Shown here one piece after another: positions 9,463 to 18,210 of a stretch of DNA of 64,000 nucleotides. The position numbers and the translations under genes were made by a program. Each line of letters starts with the position of its first letter. Position 1 is the stretch's first letter. The DNA is from Dehalococcoidia bacterium (GTDB lineage Bacteria > Chloroflexota > Dehalococcoidia > Lucifugimonadales > UBA3495). Location: positions 2,034,802 through 2,098,801 of the forward strand of contig CBDHFS010000002.1 of assembly GCA_965262735.1 (NCBI GenBank), read 5' to 3'. The notes under the pieces are model-generated. The model saw only the letters and a list, made by a program, of their open reading frames with translations, had not been told where the DNA came from and made no database searches.

Positions 9463-10143
9463 TTATTGCCAGGAACGGTAAAAGTGGTTGAGGGGGCCGT
9501 GTCCCTGGCCGATGGTAAAGGAGGAGCGGATGGCCTCGGTGACGTATTCCTTCGCCTGTGCCACGGCGTCGACCAGGGTGAAGTTGCGGGCAATTCCCGC
9601 CGCCACCGCCGACGCGAAGGTGCAGCCGGTGCCGTGGGTGTTGACGGTATCAATGCGCCCTACGCTGAACTCCCAGAACTCAGTCCCGTCGTAGAAGATG
9701 TCGGTGGCCGGGCCGTCGAGATGGCCTCCCTTGACCACAACGCTTCCGGCGCCCATGCCAACAATCTGCTCCGCAGCCCGGCGCATATCGTCCAACGACG
9801 CAATCTCGAAACCGACCAGCGTTTCCGCTTCGGGGATGTTGGGCGTAACCACTGTTGCCAAAGGGAGCAACTGTTCGCGGAGCGCACGGACCGCGTCATT
9901 TCGCAACAGAATGTCCCCGCTCTTGGCCACCATTACCGGGTCCATCACCACCTTTTGCACCCCGTGCCGGCGCAGGGCATCGGCGACCACACCGACGATG
10001 GCGCTGCTGGAGAGCATCCCGGTTTTTACGGCGTCGGCGCCGATGTCGGTGATTACGGCGTCGATCTGGGCGGTGATGTCGGCGGGTGGAATCTCATGGA
10101 TCGCCGTAACGCCGGTGGTGTTCTGGGCGGTGATGGCGGTCAC
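9463..10143 (-). CDS. thiD: hydroxymethylpyrimidine/phosphomethylpyrimidine kinase ThiD
   Basis: ITAQNT..GV, VKTGML, PNIPEAE and GTGCTFASA motifs. Homology (LTIAGSDSGGGAGIQADLKTF) continues upstream of the GTG at 10143 to ~10260, but there is no in-frame ATG/GTG/TTG before the TAG at 10303-10305. Confidence 0.85.
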   Translation of the reverse strand: MTAITAQNTTGVTAIHEIPPADITAQIDAVITDIGADAVKTGMLSSSAIVGVVADALRRHGVQKVVMDPVMVAKSGDILLRNDAVRALREQLLPLATVVTPNIPEAETLVGFEIASLDDMRRAAEQIVGMGAGSVVVKGGHLDGPATDIFYDGTEFWEFSVGRIDTVNTHGTGCTFASAVAAGIARNFTLVDAVAQAKEYVTEAIRSSFTIGQGHGPLNHFYRSWQ

Positions 10144-10310
10144 GGCCGAAGTGCCGTAGACGCCCAGGGCGGCAAAGGTCTTCAGGTCGGCCTGAATTCC
10201 GGCCCCGCCGCCGGAGTCGGACCCGGCGATGGTCAGCGCCGCGGGGACAGTGCGGACTCTTTCAGTTGCCGCGTTGTCTCCCTCGTTACCTACGATCGTT
10301 ACCTACGATG

Positions 10311-10697
10311 CTACGCCTCAGGGGAGTCGCCACCGGAGGGCAGCCGCCACTCCTCGGGGGACGATCCCTCGGACGCTGGCGGATCGGCGGCCTGTACCAA
10401 TGCTTCTTCGGAACCCTGGCCTACGTCGACGAACCCGGCGATGGCCATGGCCGGCATGGTCTCGCTGTGTAGGCCGGCCCTGACACCGAGTTCCAGCGCC
10501 AGCCGCCCCACGGCCTCGTTATCGTCGGCTTCAACCATCATGACGTAATCACACTGGCCCAACACCGCGTACTGGCCCAGAATATGCGCCCCGTCGTTCC
10601 GGCATTCCTGTACGGCTTCGACCATCATATCGGGGTTGCGGAGCAGCATCTTTTGTCCGGTTTCGTTGAGCCTGGCGAGCAAAAAGTACAGTGGCAT
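10311..10697 (-). CDS. GYD domain-containing protein
   Basis: 128 aa. YFLLARLNETGQKML..NPDMMVEAVQE....GAHILGQYAVLGQCDYVMMVEADDNEAVGRLALELG fits the GYD family pattern. Low-complexity C-terminal tail. Confidence 0.6.
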   Translation of the reverse strand: MPLYFLLARLNETGQKMLLRNPDMMVEAVQECRNDGAHILGQYAVLGQCDYVMMVEADDNEAVGRLALELGVRAGLHSETMPAMAIAGFVDVGQGSEEALVQAADPPASEGSSPEEWRLPSGGDSPEA

Positions 10698-10928
10698 CCT
10701 TCATCTCTCCTTCATCTCTCCGTCATCTCTCCGTAGAAATTCGCGCCTTCCAAAAAGGTTCAAGAATGTTATGTCGTGGGTCGAATTATACCACCACGTA
10801 CTCAAAACACGAACACCCCAGGGTCATGTCATGCTCTGAAATTTCAGGGGAACCCGTTCGTGGGGAGCTTGTCGGGCCACAGGTGGGCGGCCTTCGAGGG
10901 ACTCAGGAAAAACGGGAGATGTGGGGTG

Positions 10929-10979
10929 CGTTGGGGGATTCATCCCCCAAGCCCCCTGGATAAAAGGGTGCTTTGAGGG
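10929..10979 (+). repeat. GGGGATTCATCCCCC-core repeat (MITE-related subfamily), left copy flanking the amidohydrolase gene
   Basis: cgttgggggattcatcccccaagccccctggataaaagggtgctttgaggg. A direct-orientation partner lies at 12235-12286. Confidence 0.75.
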
Positions 10980-11170
10980 TCTCACGACCAGCGGGTTAAA
11001 TGGGCAGCTCGCTGTGAGATGGGTAGCTCGCTGTGAGAATGAAAAGCCCTGCCCGAATCTGTTTGCCCGCAGCCGGTGGGCGGCGTATTATTCAGCCATT
11101 CCAAGAGACACTATTTCTGCCCCTGGAAACCGGCTGCGGAGGCCGATATTTTGATTGTGGAGGCAACGTT

Positions 11171-12187
11171 ATGCCGTACGGAGGCAATGATTGGCTGGCG
11201 CTGAACACCGAGGAGACGCTGGAGCCGGACCTGCCCATCTGCGACCCGCACCACCACTTCTGGGACTTTCGCGACATTCGCATTCCCTACCAGCGTTATC
11301 TGCTGCACGAGCTGGCCGCCGACATTAACAGCGGCCACAACGTCCGCTCAACGGTTTTCATCGAGACCCGATCCATGTATCGCCAGGACGGGCCGCAGGA
11401 AATTCGCTCGGTGGGCGAAGTAGAGTTCGTCCAGGGTTTGGCGGCGGCGAGCGCCAGCGGACTATACGGCCCGGCCCGGGCAGCGGCGGCCATCATCGGC
11501 AATGCCAGCCTGAAGCTGGGCAAGGCGGTGGAGCCGGTTTTGGATGCGCTCCAGGCGGCCAGTCCCAACCGATTCCGGGGCATCCGCCAGTCCGCCGCAT
11601 GGGACCCGCATCCCGACGTGGAAAACCGGGCGGAACAGGGCGTGTTGGCTGACGCCGACTTCCGCGAGGGGGCGCGGGTGCTGGCCGGCAAGGGTTTGTC
11701 CCTGGAAAACACGCTGTACTTCCCGCAGTTGCCGGAGTTGGTGGACTTCGCCAACGCCGTGCCCGACCTGACCATCGTGCTGAACCACATCGGCGGTCTG
11801 TATCGCGTGGGGCCTTACGGCAACCGGGACGACGAGGTAATCCCCAAATGGCGGGAGGGCATCGCGGCGGTGGCCCAGTGTCCCAACATCGTGGTGAAGC
11901 TGGGCGGCGTGGGCCAGCCCCGCTATGGCTTCGACTGGTACGCCCGGGACCTGCCCATTGGCTCGGAAGAGTTGGCCGAGCATCTGGCCCCGCTGATGAA
12001 TTACTGCATCGAGCAGTTCGGTCCCAACCGCTGTATGTTCGAGAGCAACTTCCCGCCGGACAAGGTGTCCTACTCGCACAACACCCTGTTCAACGCTTTC
12101 AAGCGGCTGTCCCAGGGGTATTCGGAATCGGAACGGGCCGACCTGTTCCACGACACCGCCACCCGCGTCTACCGGATTGACGTTTAG
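11171..12187 (+). CDS. amidohydrolase family protein (PF04909 / Amidohydro_2 type)
   Basis: MPYGGNDWLALNTEETLEPDLPICDPHHHFWD and a C-terminal FESNFPPDK..YS motif. Paralog of 17116-18132. The track ORF start at 11033 reads through repeats and is unlikely. Confidence 0.8.
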   Translation: MPYGGNDWLALNTEETLEPDLPICDPHHHFWDFRDIRIPYQRYLLHELAADINSGHNVRSTVFIETRSMYRQDGPQEIRSVGEVEFVQGLAAASASGLYGPARAAAAIIGNASLKLGKAVEPVLDALQAASPNRFRGIRQSAAWDPHPDVENRAEQGVLADADFREGARVLAGKGLSLENTLYFPQLPELVDFANAVPDLTIVLNHIGGLYRVGPYGNRDDEVIPKWREGIAAVAQCPNIVVKLGGVGQPRYGFDWYARDLPIGSEELAEHLAPLMNYCIEQFGPNRCMFESNFPPDKVSYSHNTLFNAFKRLSQGYSESERADLFHDTATRVYRIDV

Positions 12188-12234
12188 GCCAGGAAGTCCT
12201 TTAACGGTCTGGAGGCAAATGGGGGGATGGATTA

Positions 12235-12286
12235 CGTTAGGGGATTCATCCCCCAAGCCCCCTGGATAGAGGGACGCTTCGTGGGG
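12235..12286 (+). repeat. GGGGATTCATCCCCC-core repeat, right copy flanking the amidohydrolase gene
   Basis: cgttaggggattcatcccccaagccccctggatagagggacgcttcgtgggg. Confidence 0.75.
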
Positions 12287-12448
12287 GCAGGGTGAACGGA
12301 TTGAATCGGGCCGCTGGTGGCGAGACCGGAAATATCCCCGAATATCCCTGCGCGCGTCTCTGGCGGTTAGAAGAATTTCAGCGGCGTATGTTACAATCTC
12401 GGTAACTATACAACACGCTCCCAAGTCCCGAAAACGAGGTGGTTGGTT

Positions 12449-14731
12449 ATGGCTAACATCGTATTGTCCAACACGGATTATAACGTGGTTGGGACTCGTC
12501 CCGTCCGTCCCGACGGCGCCGACAAGGTGACCGGCAGGGCCAAGTACGGCGGCGACTTTCAGATGAGCGGACTGCTCCACGGGGAGGTGCTGCGCAGTCC
12601 CCACGCCCACGCTAGAATCAAGTCTATTGACACCAGCAAGGCGGAGGCGTACCCGGGCGTCAGGGCCGTCGTCACGGTCAAAGACCTGCCAATTTTCCAG
12701 ATGGAAAACCCCGACCAGGGGATGCGCCACGCCAGCGACAACGTTTTGGCCCGGGACAAGGCGCTCTACAAGGGCCACCCCATTGCGGGGGTAGCGGCAG
12801 TAAATCCCCACGTTGCCGGGGTCGCGGTAGGGCTGATTGAGGTGGAGTACGAGGTGCTGCCCTCGGTGACTGACGTGCAGTCGGCCATGAAAGACGGCGC
12901 CCCTCTGCTGCACGACGAGATGACCACCGACGAGTTGGGCGAGGCAACCGAAAAGCACAGCAACATAGCAACCCACTTCAGCTACGAGTTGGGAGACACC
13001 GCCAAAGGGTTTGCCGCGGCCGATGTGGTGGTGGAGCGGGAGTTCTCCACGACGATGGTCCACCAGGGGTACATTGAGCCTCAAAACGCTTCGGCGCTGT
13101 GGAACGCCGACGGGCAGTTGAAGGTCTGGACCAGCACCCAGGGCGCTTTCGCGGTCCGGGATTCTCTGGCCAAGGTGCTGGACCTGCCGGTGTCGAAGAT
13201 TACCGTCGTACCCATGGAGATCGGCGGCGGGTTCGGGGGGAAGATCCCCATATACCTGGAGCCGCTGGCGGCGTTGCTGTCCCGCAAGACCGGCCAACCC
13301 GTCAAGCTGCTGATGTCCCGCATCGACGTTTTCGAGAGCACCGGCCCCACTTCCGGCTCCTGGATGAAGATAAAGATGGGCGCCACCAACGACGGCACGA
13401 TAACCGCCGCCGAGGCTACCATCGCGATGGAGGCCGGCGCCTTCCCCGGGTCTCCGGTGACGATGGGCGCGCAGTGCATCTTCGCCCCCTACGACATTGA
13501 AAACGTGCGCTCCCAAGGGTACGACGTGGTGGACAACAAGCCCAAGGTCGCTCCCTACCGGGCGCCGGGGGCGCCCATTGCCGCTTTCGGCGGCGAGCAA
13601 GTGGTGGACGAACTGGCCCGAAAGGTTGGCATGGACCCGCTGGAGTTCCGTCTGAAGAACGCTTCCAAAGAAGGCACCCGCCGGGTTGACGGCCCGGTCT
13701 ATCCCCGCATCGGCAACGTTGAATGCCTGGAAGCGGCCCGCAACACCGAGCATTACAACACGCCCCTCACCGGACCGAACCGGGGCCGGGGCGTAGCTAC
13801 CGGGTTCTGGTTCAACATCGGGATGCCTTCCAGTTGCAGCATCGGGGTCAACCCCGACGGGACCATCAGCCTGGTAGAGGGTTCGACCGACATCGGCGGC
13901 ACCCGCGCGTCCATTGGGATGCAGGCTGCCGAAGTGCTGGGCATTCCCGCCGAGGACGTTCACCCCAGCGTGGCCGACACCGACTCGGTGGGCTATACCT
14001 TCCTGACCGGCGGCAGCCGGGTGACCTTCGCCAGCGGGTGGGCGGCCTACGAGTGCGCCCAGGACGTGAAGCAGAAGATGATTGATCGCGCTGCCAGCAT
14101 CTGGGACGTTTCGGCGGAGGACGTCGAGTTGGTTGACGGCACCTTTCAGCACAAGTCCGAGCCGGAACTGCGCATAGGATTCAAGGAGTTGTCCGGGCAG
14201 CTCAACCGCACCGGCGGTCCTATCTCCAGCCAGGTCAGCGTCGACCCCAAGGGGGCGGGCGGGGCTTTCAGCACCCAGATGGCCGACGTTGAGGTAGACC
14301 CGGAGACTGGCAAGGTGACGGTACTCCGGTTCACCGCGCTTCAGGACGCAGGCAAGGCCATTCACCCCAGCTACGTGGAAGGCCAGATGCAGGGCGGCGT
14401 GGTCCAGGGCATAGGCTGGGCGCTCAACGAAGAGTATTTTATGAGTGACCAGGGATCCATGGTGAACTCCAGCTTCCTGGACTACCGGATGCCCACCAGC
14501 CTGGACCTGCCGATGATTGACACGGTGATTGTGGAAGTTGCCAACCCGGGCCATCCCTTCGGGGTTCGGGGCGTCGGCGAAGTTCCCATAGTGCCTCCAA
14601 TGGCCGCCATCGCCAACGCCATCCACGATGCCCTGGGCACCCGCATGGAGCACCTGCCCATGTCGCCCGGCGCGATCCTGGAAGCCTTGTGGGAGAAGGA
14701 CGGAGCGCCCGAACAGCAAGCGGCGGACTAG
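12449..14731 (+). CDS. xanthine dehydrogenase/aldehyde oxidase family molybdopterin-binding (large) subunit
   Basis: VGTRPVRPDGADKVTGRAKYGGD N-terminus, EIGGGFGGK motif, C-terminal GVRGVGEVPIVP. GAGGTGG RBS lies before the ATG at 12449. Confidence 0.85.
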   Translation: MANIVLSNTDYNVVGTRPVRPDGADKVTGRAKYGGDFQMSGLLHGEVLRSPHAHARIKSIDTSKAEAYPGVRAVVTVKDLPIFQMENPDQGMRHASDNVLARDKALYKGHPIAGVAAVNPHVAGVAVGLIEVEYEVLPSVTDVQSAMKDGAPLLHDEMTTDELGEATEKHSNIATHFSYELGDTAKGFAAADVVVEREFSTTMVHQGYIEPQNASALWNADGQLKVWTSTQGAFAVRDSLAKVLDLPVSKITVVPMEIGGGFGGKIPIYLEPLAALLSRKTGQPVKLLMSRIDVFESTGPTSGSWMKIKMGATNDGTITAAEATIAMEAGAFPGSPVTMGAQCIFAPYDIENVRSQGYDVVDNKPKVAPYRAPGAPIAAFGGEQVVDELARKVGMDPLEFRLKNASKEGTRRVDGPVYPRIGNVECLEAARNTEHYNTPLTGPNRGRGVATGFWFNIGMPSSCSIGVNPDGTISLVEGSTDIGGTRASIGMQAAEVLGIPAEDVHPSVADTDSVGYTFLTGGSRVTFASGWAAYECAQDVKQKMIDRAASIWDVSAEDVELVDGTFQHKSEPELRIGFKELSGQLNRTGGPISSQVSVDPKGAGGAFSTQMADVEVDPETGKVTVLRFTALQDAGKAIHPSYVEGQMQGGVVQGIGWALNEEYFMSDQGSMVNSSFLDYRMPTSLDLPMIDTVIVEVANPGHPFGVRGVGEVPIVPPMAAIANAIHDALGTRMEHLPMSPGAILEALWEKDGAPEQQAAD

Positions 14732-14851
14732 GTTGACCCGAATGTCTCGCGGGCTCCCGCACGTCAACGGAAGGACCGGAGTGCGGGCAGCCCGCCTGAT
14801 TGCAGCGGCCACCGGCGGGGCTAACCGTTGCCGGCGCAACAATTTGCAGGG

Positions 14852-15310
14852 ATGACCACGCGGCGCCGGGAACACCAAGACGGAGAAACACGTTCCGGAA
14901 TACTGAGCGTTCCCGCCAGCGCCATCCACTGGTTCTACTCCCTGTTCAGCATCGGGACGGTCTATTTGACCATCGCCAACACCCTGAAAGAAGCGGCAGC
15001 GGTCAACGCGGTCGGGTGGCTGGAGATACAGAGCATAGCTACCGTACAGTTAGTGCAGGCAGCCGGAGCGTCGGCCGCAGGCGCAGCCATAATCGTTGAA
15101 GGTGGAAACATGGTACTCGCTGCATTGTTGACCGAGAAGAAGCTACGCAAAGCCAGGGAAGAAGGCCTCGAGCAGGGGCTTGAGCAGGGGCTTGAGCAAG
15201 GCCGCGAACAGGTACGGCTTTGGGAAGCATGGAATCGGCGTAGGGTGGAGGCCGAGGCCCGTGGAGAAACTTTCACCGAGCCGCCGCCGACCAACGGCCA
15301 CCACAACTGA
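14852..15310 (+). CDS. hypothetical membrane protein, head gene of the tandem tail-cassette array
   Basis: Hydrophobic segments IHWFYSLFSIGTVYLTIANTL and AAGASAAGAAIIVEGGNMVLAALL, then the charged tail KKLRKAREEGLEQGLEQGLEQGREQVRLWEAWNRRRVEAEARGETFTEPPPTNGHHN. The start (14852 vs 14828) is uncertain. Confidence 0.45.
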   Translation: MTTRRREHQDGETRSGILSVPASAIHWFYSLFSIGTVYLTIANTLKEAAAVNAVGWLEIQSIATVQLVQAAGASAAGAAIIVEGGNMVLAALLTEKKLRKAREEGLEQGLEQGLEQGREQVRLWEAWNRRRVEAEARGETFTEPPPTNGHHN

Positions 15311-15347
15311 ACATCACGGCAAGCCTGACCCGGTTGAAGGTGGACAC

Positions 15348-15521
15348 ATGGTACTCGCAGCATTGTTGACCGAGCAGAAGCTACGCAAAGCCAGGGAAGA
15401 GATAAGCGCTCTTTGGGAAGCATGGAACTGGCGCAGGTTGGAGGCCGAGGCCCGTGGAGAAGCCTTCACCGAGCCGCCGCCGACCAACGGCCACCACAAC
15501 GGAACATCACGGCAAGCCTGA
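15348..15521 (+). CDS. tail cassette ORF 2 (57 aa)
   Basis: MVLAALLTEQKLRKAREEISALWEAWNWRRLEAEARGEAFTEPPPTNGHHNGTSRQA. AAGGTGG lies 5 nt upstream of the ATG. Confidence 0.35.
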   Translation: MVLAALLTEQKLRKAREEISALWEAWNWRRLEAEARGEAFTEPPPTNGHHNGTSRQA

Positions 15522-15540
15522 CCCGGTTGAAGGTGGACAC

Positions 15541-15735
15541 ATGGTACTCGCAGCATTGTTGACCGAGCAGAAGCTACGCAAAGCCAGGAAAGAAGGCCTT
15601 GAACAAGGCCGTGAAGAGGTACGGCTTTGGGAAGCATGGAACCGGCGCAGGCTGGAGGCCGAGGTCCGTGGAGAAACTTTCGCCGAGCCGCCGCCGACTA
15701 ACGGCCACCACGACGGAACATCACGGCAAGCCTGA
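15541..15735 (+). CDS. tail cassette ORF 3 (64 aa)
   Basis: MVLAALLTEQKLRKARKEGLEQGREEVRLWEAWNRRRLEAEVRGETFAEPPPTNGHHDGTSRQA, with its own RBS. Confidence 0.35.
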   Translation: MVLAALLTEQKLRKARKEGLEQGREEVRLWEAWNRRRLEAEVRGETFAEPPPTNGHHDGTSRQA

Positions 15736-15754
15736 CCCAGTTGAAGGTGGAAAC

Positions 15755-15976
15755 ATGGTACTCGCAGCATTGTTGACCGAGAAGAAGCTACGCAAAGCCA
15801 GAGAAGAAGGCCTTGAACAGGGCCTCGAACAAGGGCTTGAGCAAGGCCGTAAAGAAGTAAACGCTCTTTGGGAAGCAGGGAACTGGCGCAGGCTGGACGC
15901 CGAGGCCCGGGGAGAAGCCTTCACCGAGCCGCCGCCGACCAACGGCCACCACAACGGAACATCACAACAGGCCTGA
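15755..15976 (+). CDS. tail cassette ORF 4 (73 aa)
   Basis: MVLAALLTEKKLRKAREEGLEQGLEQGLEQGRKEVNALWEAGNWRRLDAEARGEAFTEPPPTNGHHNGTSQQA, with its own RBS. Confidence 0.35.
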   Translation: MVLAALLTEKKLRKAREEGLEQGLEQGLEQGRKEVNALWEAGNWRRLDAEARGEAFTEPPPTNGHHNGTSQQA

Positions 15977-15994
15977 TCCGGTTAGTGGGGACAC

Positions 15995-16195
15995 ATGGTA
16001 CTCGCAGCATTGTTGACCGAGAAGAAGCTACGCAAAGCTTGGGAAGAGGGCCGCGAGCAAGGGCTTGAGCAAGGCCGCCAACAGGTACGGCTTTGGGAAG
16101 CATGGAACCGGCGCAGATTGGAGGCCGAGGCCCGTGGAGAAACTTTCACCGAGCCGCCGCCGGCCAACGGCCACCACGACGGAACTCCTGGATAA
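15995..16195 (+). CDS. tail cassette ORF 5 (66 aa)
   Basis: MVLAALLTEKKLRKAWEEGREQGLEQGRQQVRLWEAWNRRRLEAEARGETFTEPPPANGHHDGTPG. Weaker RBS (GTGGGG). Confidence 0.3.
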   Translation: MVLAALLTEKKLRKAWEEGREQGLEQGRQQVRLWEAWNRRRLEAEARGETFTEPPPANGHHDGTPG

Positions 16196-16221
16196 TTTTT
16201 ACAGCAAGCGGAGAAAGAAAA

Positions 16222-16770
16222 ATGGCTAGAGTGCCTTTGGCTACCCGCGACACCATGACCCCGGCCGGGCAGCAAGTTTGGGACGAGATTGAAACCAGCC
16301 GCGGCGGTGTTGCCCGCAACTACGCCGCCATCCTCAACAATCCCGAGGCCGCTAAGTACATGGCCACCCTGGGTGGGTACGCCCGGTTTGAAACCCCGCT
16401 GGACCCACGGGTTAAGGCCCTGGCGGTGCTGACCGCTGCCCGCGAGGCCGGCGGCCACTACGTATGGACGGTGAACCAACGCAGTGCCAAAGAGGCGGGC
16501 ATTGACGACGCCGTTATCTCAGCCATCCTGGAGTACCGGGCGCCGTCTGGACTCGACAGCAAGGATGCAGCGGTGGTCCAGTTTGTCCTGGAGTTGCTGC
16601 GGCAGCACCGGGTCAGCGACGCGTCCTTTGAAGCGTTGCGCTCGCTGGTCGGGGACGCCGGCTTGATTGACGTTCTGGTGGTCGTGGCCTACTACCACGG
16701 GTTGGCCCACACCCTGCAGGCGCTGGACGTGGAACTTCCCGAAGGCGTCGCTTCCGCCCTGACCTACTAG
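16222..16770 (+). CDS. carboxymuconolactone decarboxylase (CMD/AhpD-like) family protein
   Basis: MARVPLATRDTMTPAGQQVWDEI..., paralogous to 48389-48937 (MARVPYVSREELDADGQRIYDQI). GGAGAAAG RBS. The track start at 16093 reads through the repeat array. Confidence 0.65.
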   Translation: MARVPLATRDTMTPAGQQVWDEIETSRGGVARNYAAILNNPEAAKYMATLGGYARFETPLDPRVKALAVLTAAREAGGHYVWTVNQRSAKEAGIDDAVISAILEYRAPSGLDSKDAAVVQFVLELLRQHRVSDASFEALRSLVGDAGLIDVLVVVAYYHGLAHTLQALDVELPEGVASALTY

Positions 16771-16818
16771 GGAATCCCTGAGCAACGGGGCGCAGCTTGT
16801 TATGCTGAACCGACCGGG

Positions 16819-16845
16819 GCCGGGGTAAGCCCCGGCTCCATTTTT
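16819..16845 (+). terminator. rho-independent terminator after the CMD gene
   Basis: gccgggg-taag-ccccggc hairpin followed by tccattttt. Confidence 0.7.
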
Positions 16846-17115
16846 GGCGTGGGCCAGGGTGGTTATCGCCATCGCAGCGCCTTTGGACAGTTGTCCAGCC
16901 TGTATAACAGGGCCAGCCGCTCGGTGTTGTTGACCAAGCCCTGTTGTCCATCCACAAACGGGTTCTCTATTCCCGATAGCTGTCTGGGAAGCCGAAGCCC
17001 CTTGGATTGGACGGACGTCTTGGCGGCTTGCTCTGCCGCGCGGTCTCGTTCCCCCACTCCTGGTCTGGCCTGCCGTGGTAATATGCAATGATTCAACACC
17101 CCAAAGGAGGACGCT

Positions 17116-18132
17116 ATGGCTCCTGGAGGCTCGGACTGGCTGGCGAAAACCCCGGAGGAAACTCTGGAGCCCGAGATTCCCATTTGCGACCCCCACCACC
17201 ATTTCTGGGTTTCCAGGCCGGAACCCGTTGACTATCAACAGTACCTGCTGCCGGAGTTGACCGCCGACGTCAACAGTGGACACAACGTCCGCTCCACGGT
17301 GTTCATCGAAGTACGGTGCCAGTACCGCGAGACCGGCCCGGAAGAGATGAAGCCGGTGGGTGAGATTGAGTACATCGAGGCCATCGCCGCTGAGAGCGCC
17401 ACGGGGAATCATGGCCCCACCCGGGCTGCCGCGGCCATCATCGGGCACGCCGACCTGAAATTGGGAGAGGGGGTGCGCCCGGTGCTGGAAGCCATGCAAT
17501 CTGCCAGCCCCACCCGGTTCCGGGGCATCCGTCATTCCGTGGGTTGGGACGAAAGCCCCGAGCTGGCCAACCGGGAAATCCGGGGGGTCTTGTCCACCGG
17601 GGGCTACCGGGCCGGGGCGGGAGTCCTGGCTGACCTGGGCCTGATTCTGGAGAACTCGATGTATTTCCACCAGCTACCCGAGCTGGCGGAATTCGCCCGC
17701 GCGGCGCCGGACTTGACCATCGTTCTGAACCACATCGGTGGGTTGTGCCGCATAGGTCCCTACGCCAACCGCGACGATGAAGTTCTGCCCGTATGGCGGC
17801 AGGGTGTGGCAGAGGTCGCCCAGTGTCCCAACATCGTTATGAAGCTGGGCGGCGTTGGACAACTGCGCTACGGCTTCTATTGGGACCATCGGGAAACTCC
17901 CATCGGCTCAGAGGAGTTGGCCGAGTCCCTTGCCCCGCTCATGGAACACTGCATCGAGCAGTTCGGCCCGGACCGGTGCATGTTCGAAAGCAACTTCCCG
18001 GTGGACAAGCCCTCCTACTCCTACAATGTCCTGTACAACGCCTTCAAGCGGCTTTCCCGGGGATATTCGCCAACGGAACGGGCCGCCATGTTCCACGACA
18101 CCGCCGCCCGGGTTTACAACATTAACGTCTGA
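17116..18132 (+). CDS. amidohydrolase family protein (PF04909 type), paralog of 11171-12187
   Basis: MAPGGSDWLAKTPEETLEPEIPICDPHHHFW and FESNFPVDKPSYS. Collinear with the first paralog over the full length. Confidence 0.8.
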   Translation: MAPGGSDWLAKTPEETLEPEIPICDPHHHFWVSRPEPVDYQQYLLPELTADVNSGHNVRSTVFIEVRCQYRETGPEEMKPVGEIEYIEAIAAESATGNHGPTRAAAAIIGHADLKLGEGVRPVLEAMQSASPTRFRGIRHSVGWDESPELANREIRGVLSTGGYRAGAGVLADLGLILENSMYFHQLPELAEFARAAPDLTIVLNHIGGLCRIGPYANRDDEVLPVWRQGVAEVAQCPNIVMKLGGVGQLRYGFYWDHRETPIGSEELAESLAPLMEHCIEQFGPDRCMFESNFPVDKPSYSYNVLYNAFKRLSRGYSPTERAAMFHDTAARVYNINV

Positions 18133-18210
18133 CTTGGGGCCTGAACCGGCAGCTCGGTTCTGCCGGTTCAGGCGTTCGGTTCAGGCGTTCCGACTGTCCT
18201 CAACCGGCCG

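Larger units (their letters stand above)
15097..16195 (+). repeat. five tandem units (193-240 bp) of a tail cassette, each with AAGGTGG RBS + ATG
   Basis: gaaggtggaMacatggtactcgcWgcattgttgaccgag recurs with the ATG at 15110, 15348, 15541, 15755 and 15995. Confidence 0.9.

Noticed and set aside
10698-10930. TPP riboswitch upstream of the GYD-thiD gene pair
   Set aside because: I could not find the conserved CTGAGA / ACCTGATCTGGATAATGCCAGCG-type elements on the minus strand. The region is instead occupied by short tandem repeats and REP/MITE-core repeats.
11033-11170. Upstream extension of the amidohydrolase ORF
   Set aside because: It reads through a 19-bp tandem duplication and repeat DNA. 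The paralog alignment supports the ATG at 11171 (MPYGGNDWLA vs MAPGGSDWLA).
11462-14929. 1155-aa ORF on the minus strand
   Set aside because: It lies antisense to the well-supported amidohydrolase and Mo-hydroxylase genes. Its Gly/Arg/His/Pro-rich low-complexity translation is typical of shadow ORFs in high-GC DNA. No recognisable motifs.
15097-16195. Possible CRISPR array (regular direct repeats)
   Set aside because: The units are 193-240 bp, contiguous with no unique spacers, coding, and each carries an RBS and ATG. The same reasoning excludes the 339-bp repeats at 59576-64000. No cas genes in the window.
16093-16221. N-terminal extension of the CMD gene (track start 16093)
   Set aside because: The extension reads out of frame through the last tail cassette and has no RBS. 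The ATG at 16222 has a GGAGAAAG RBS and aligns with the paralog start MARVP.
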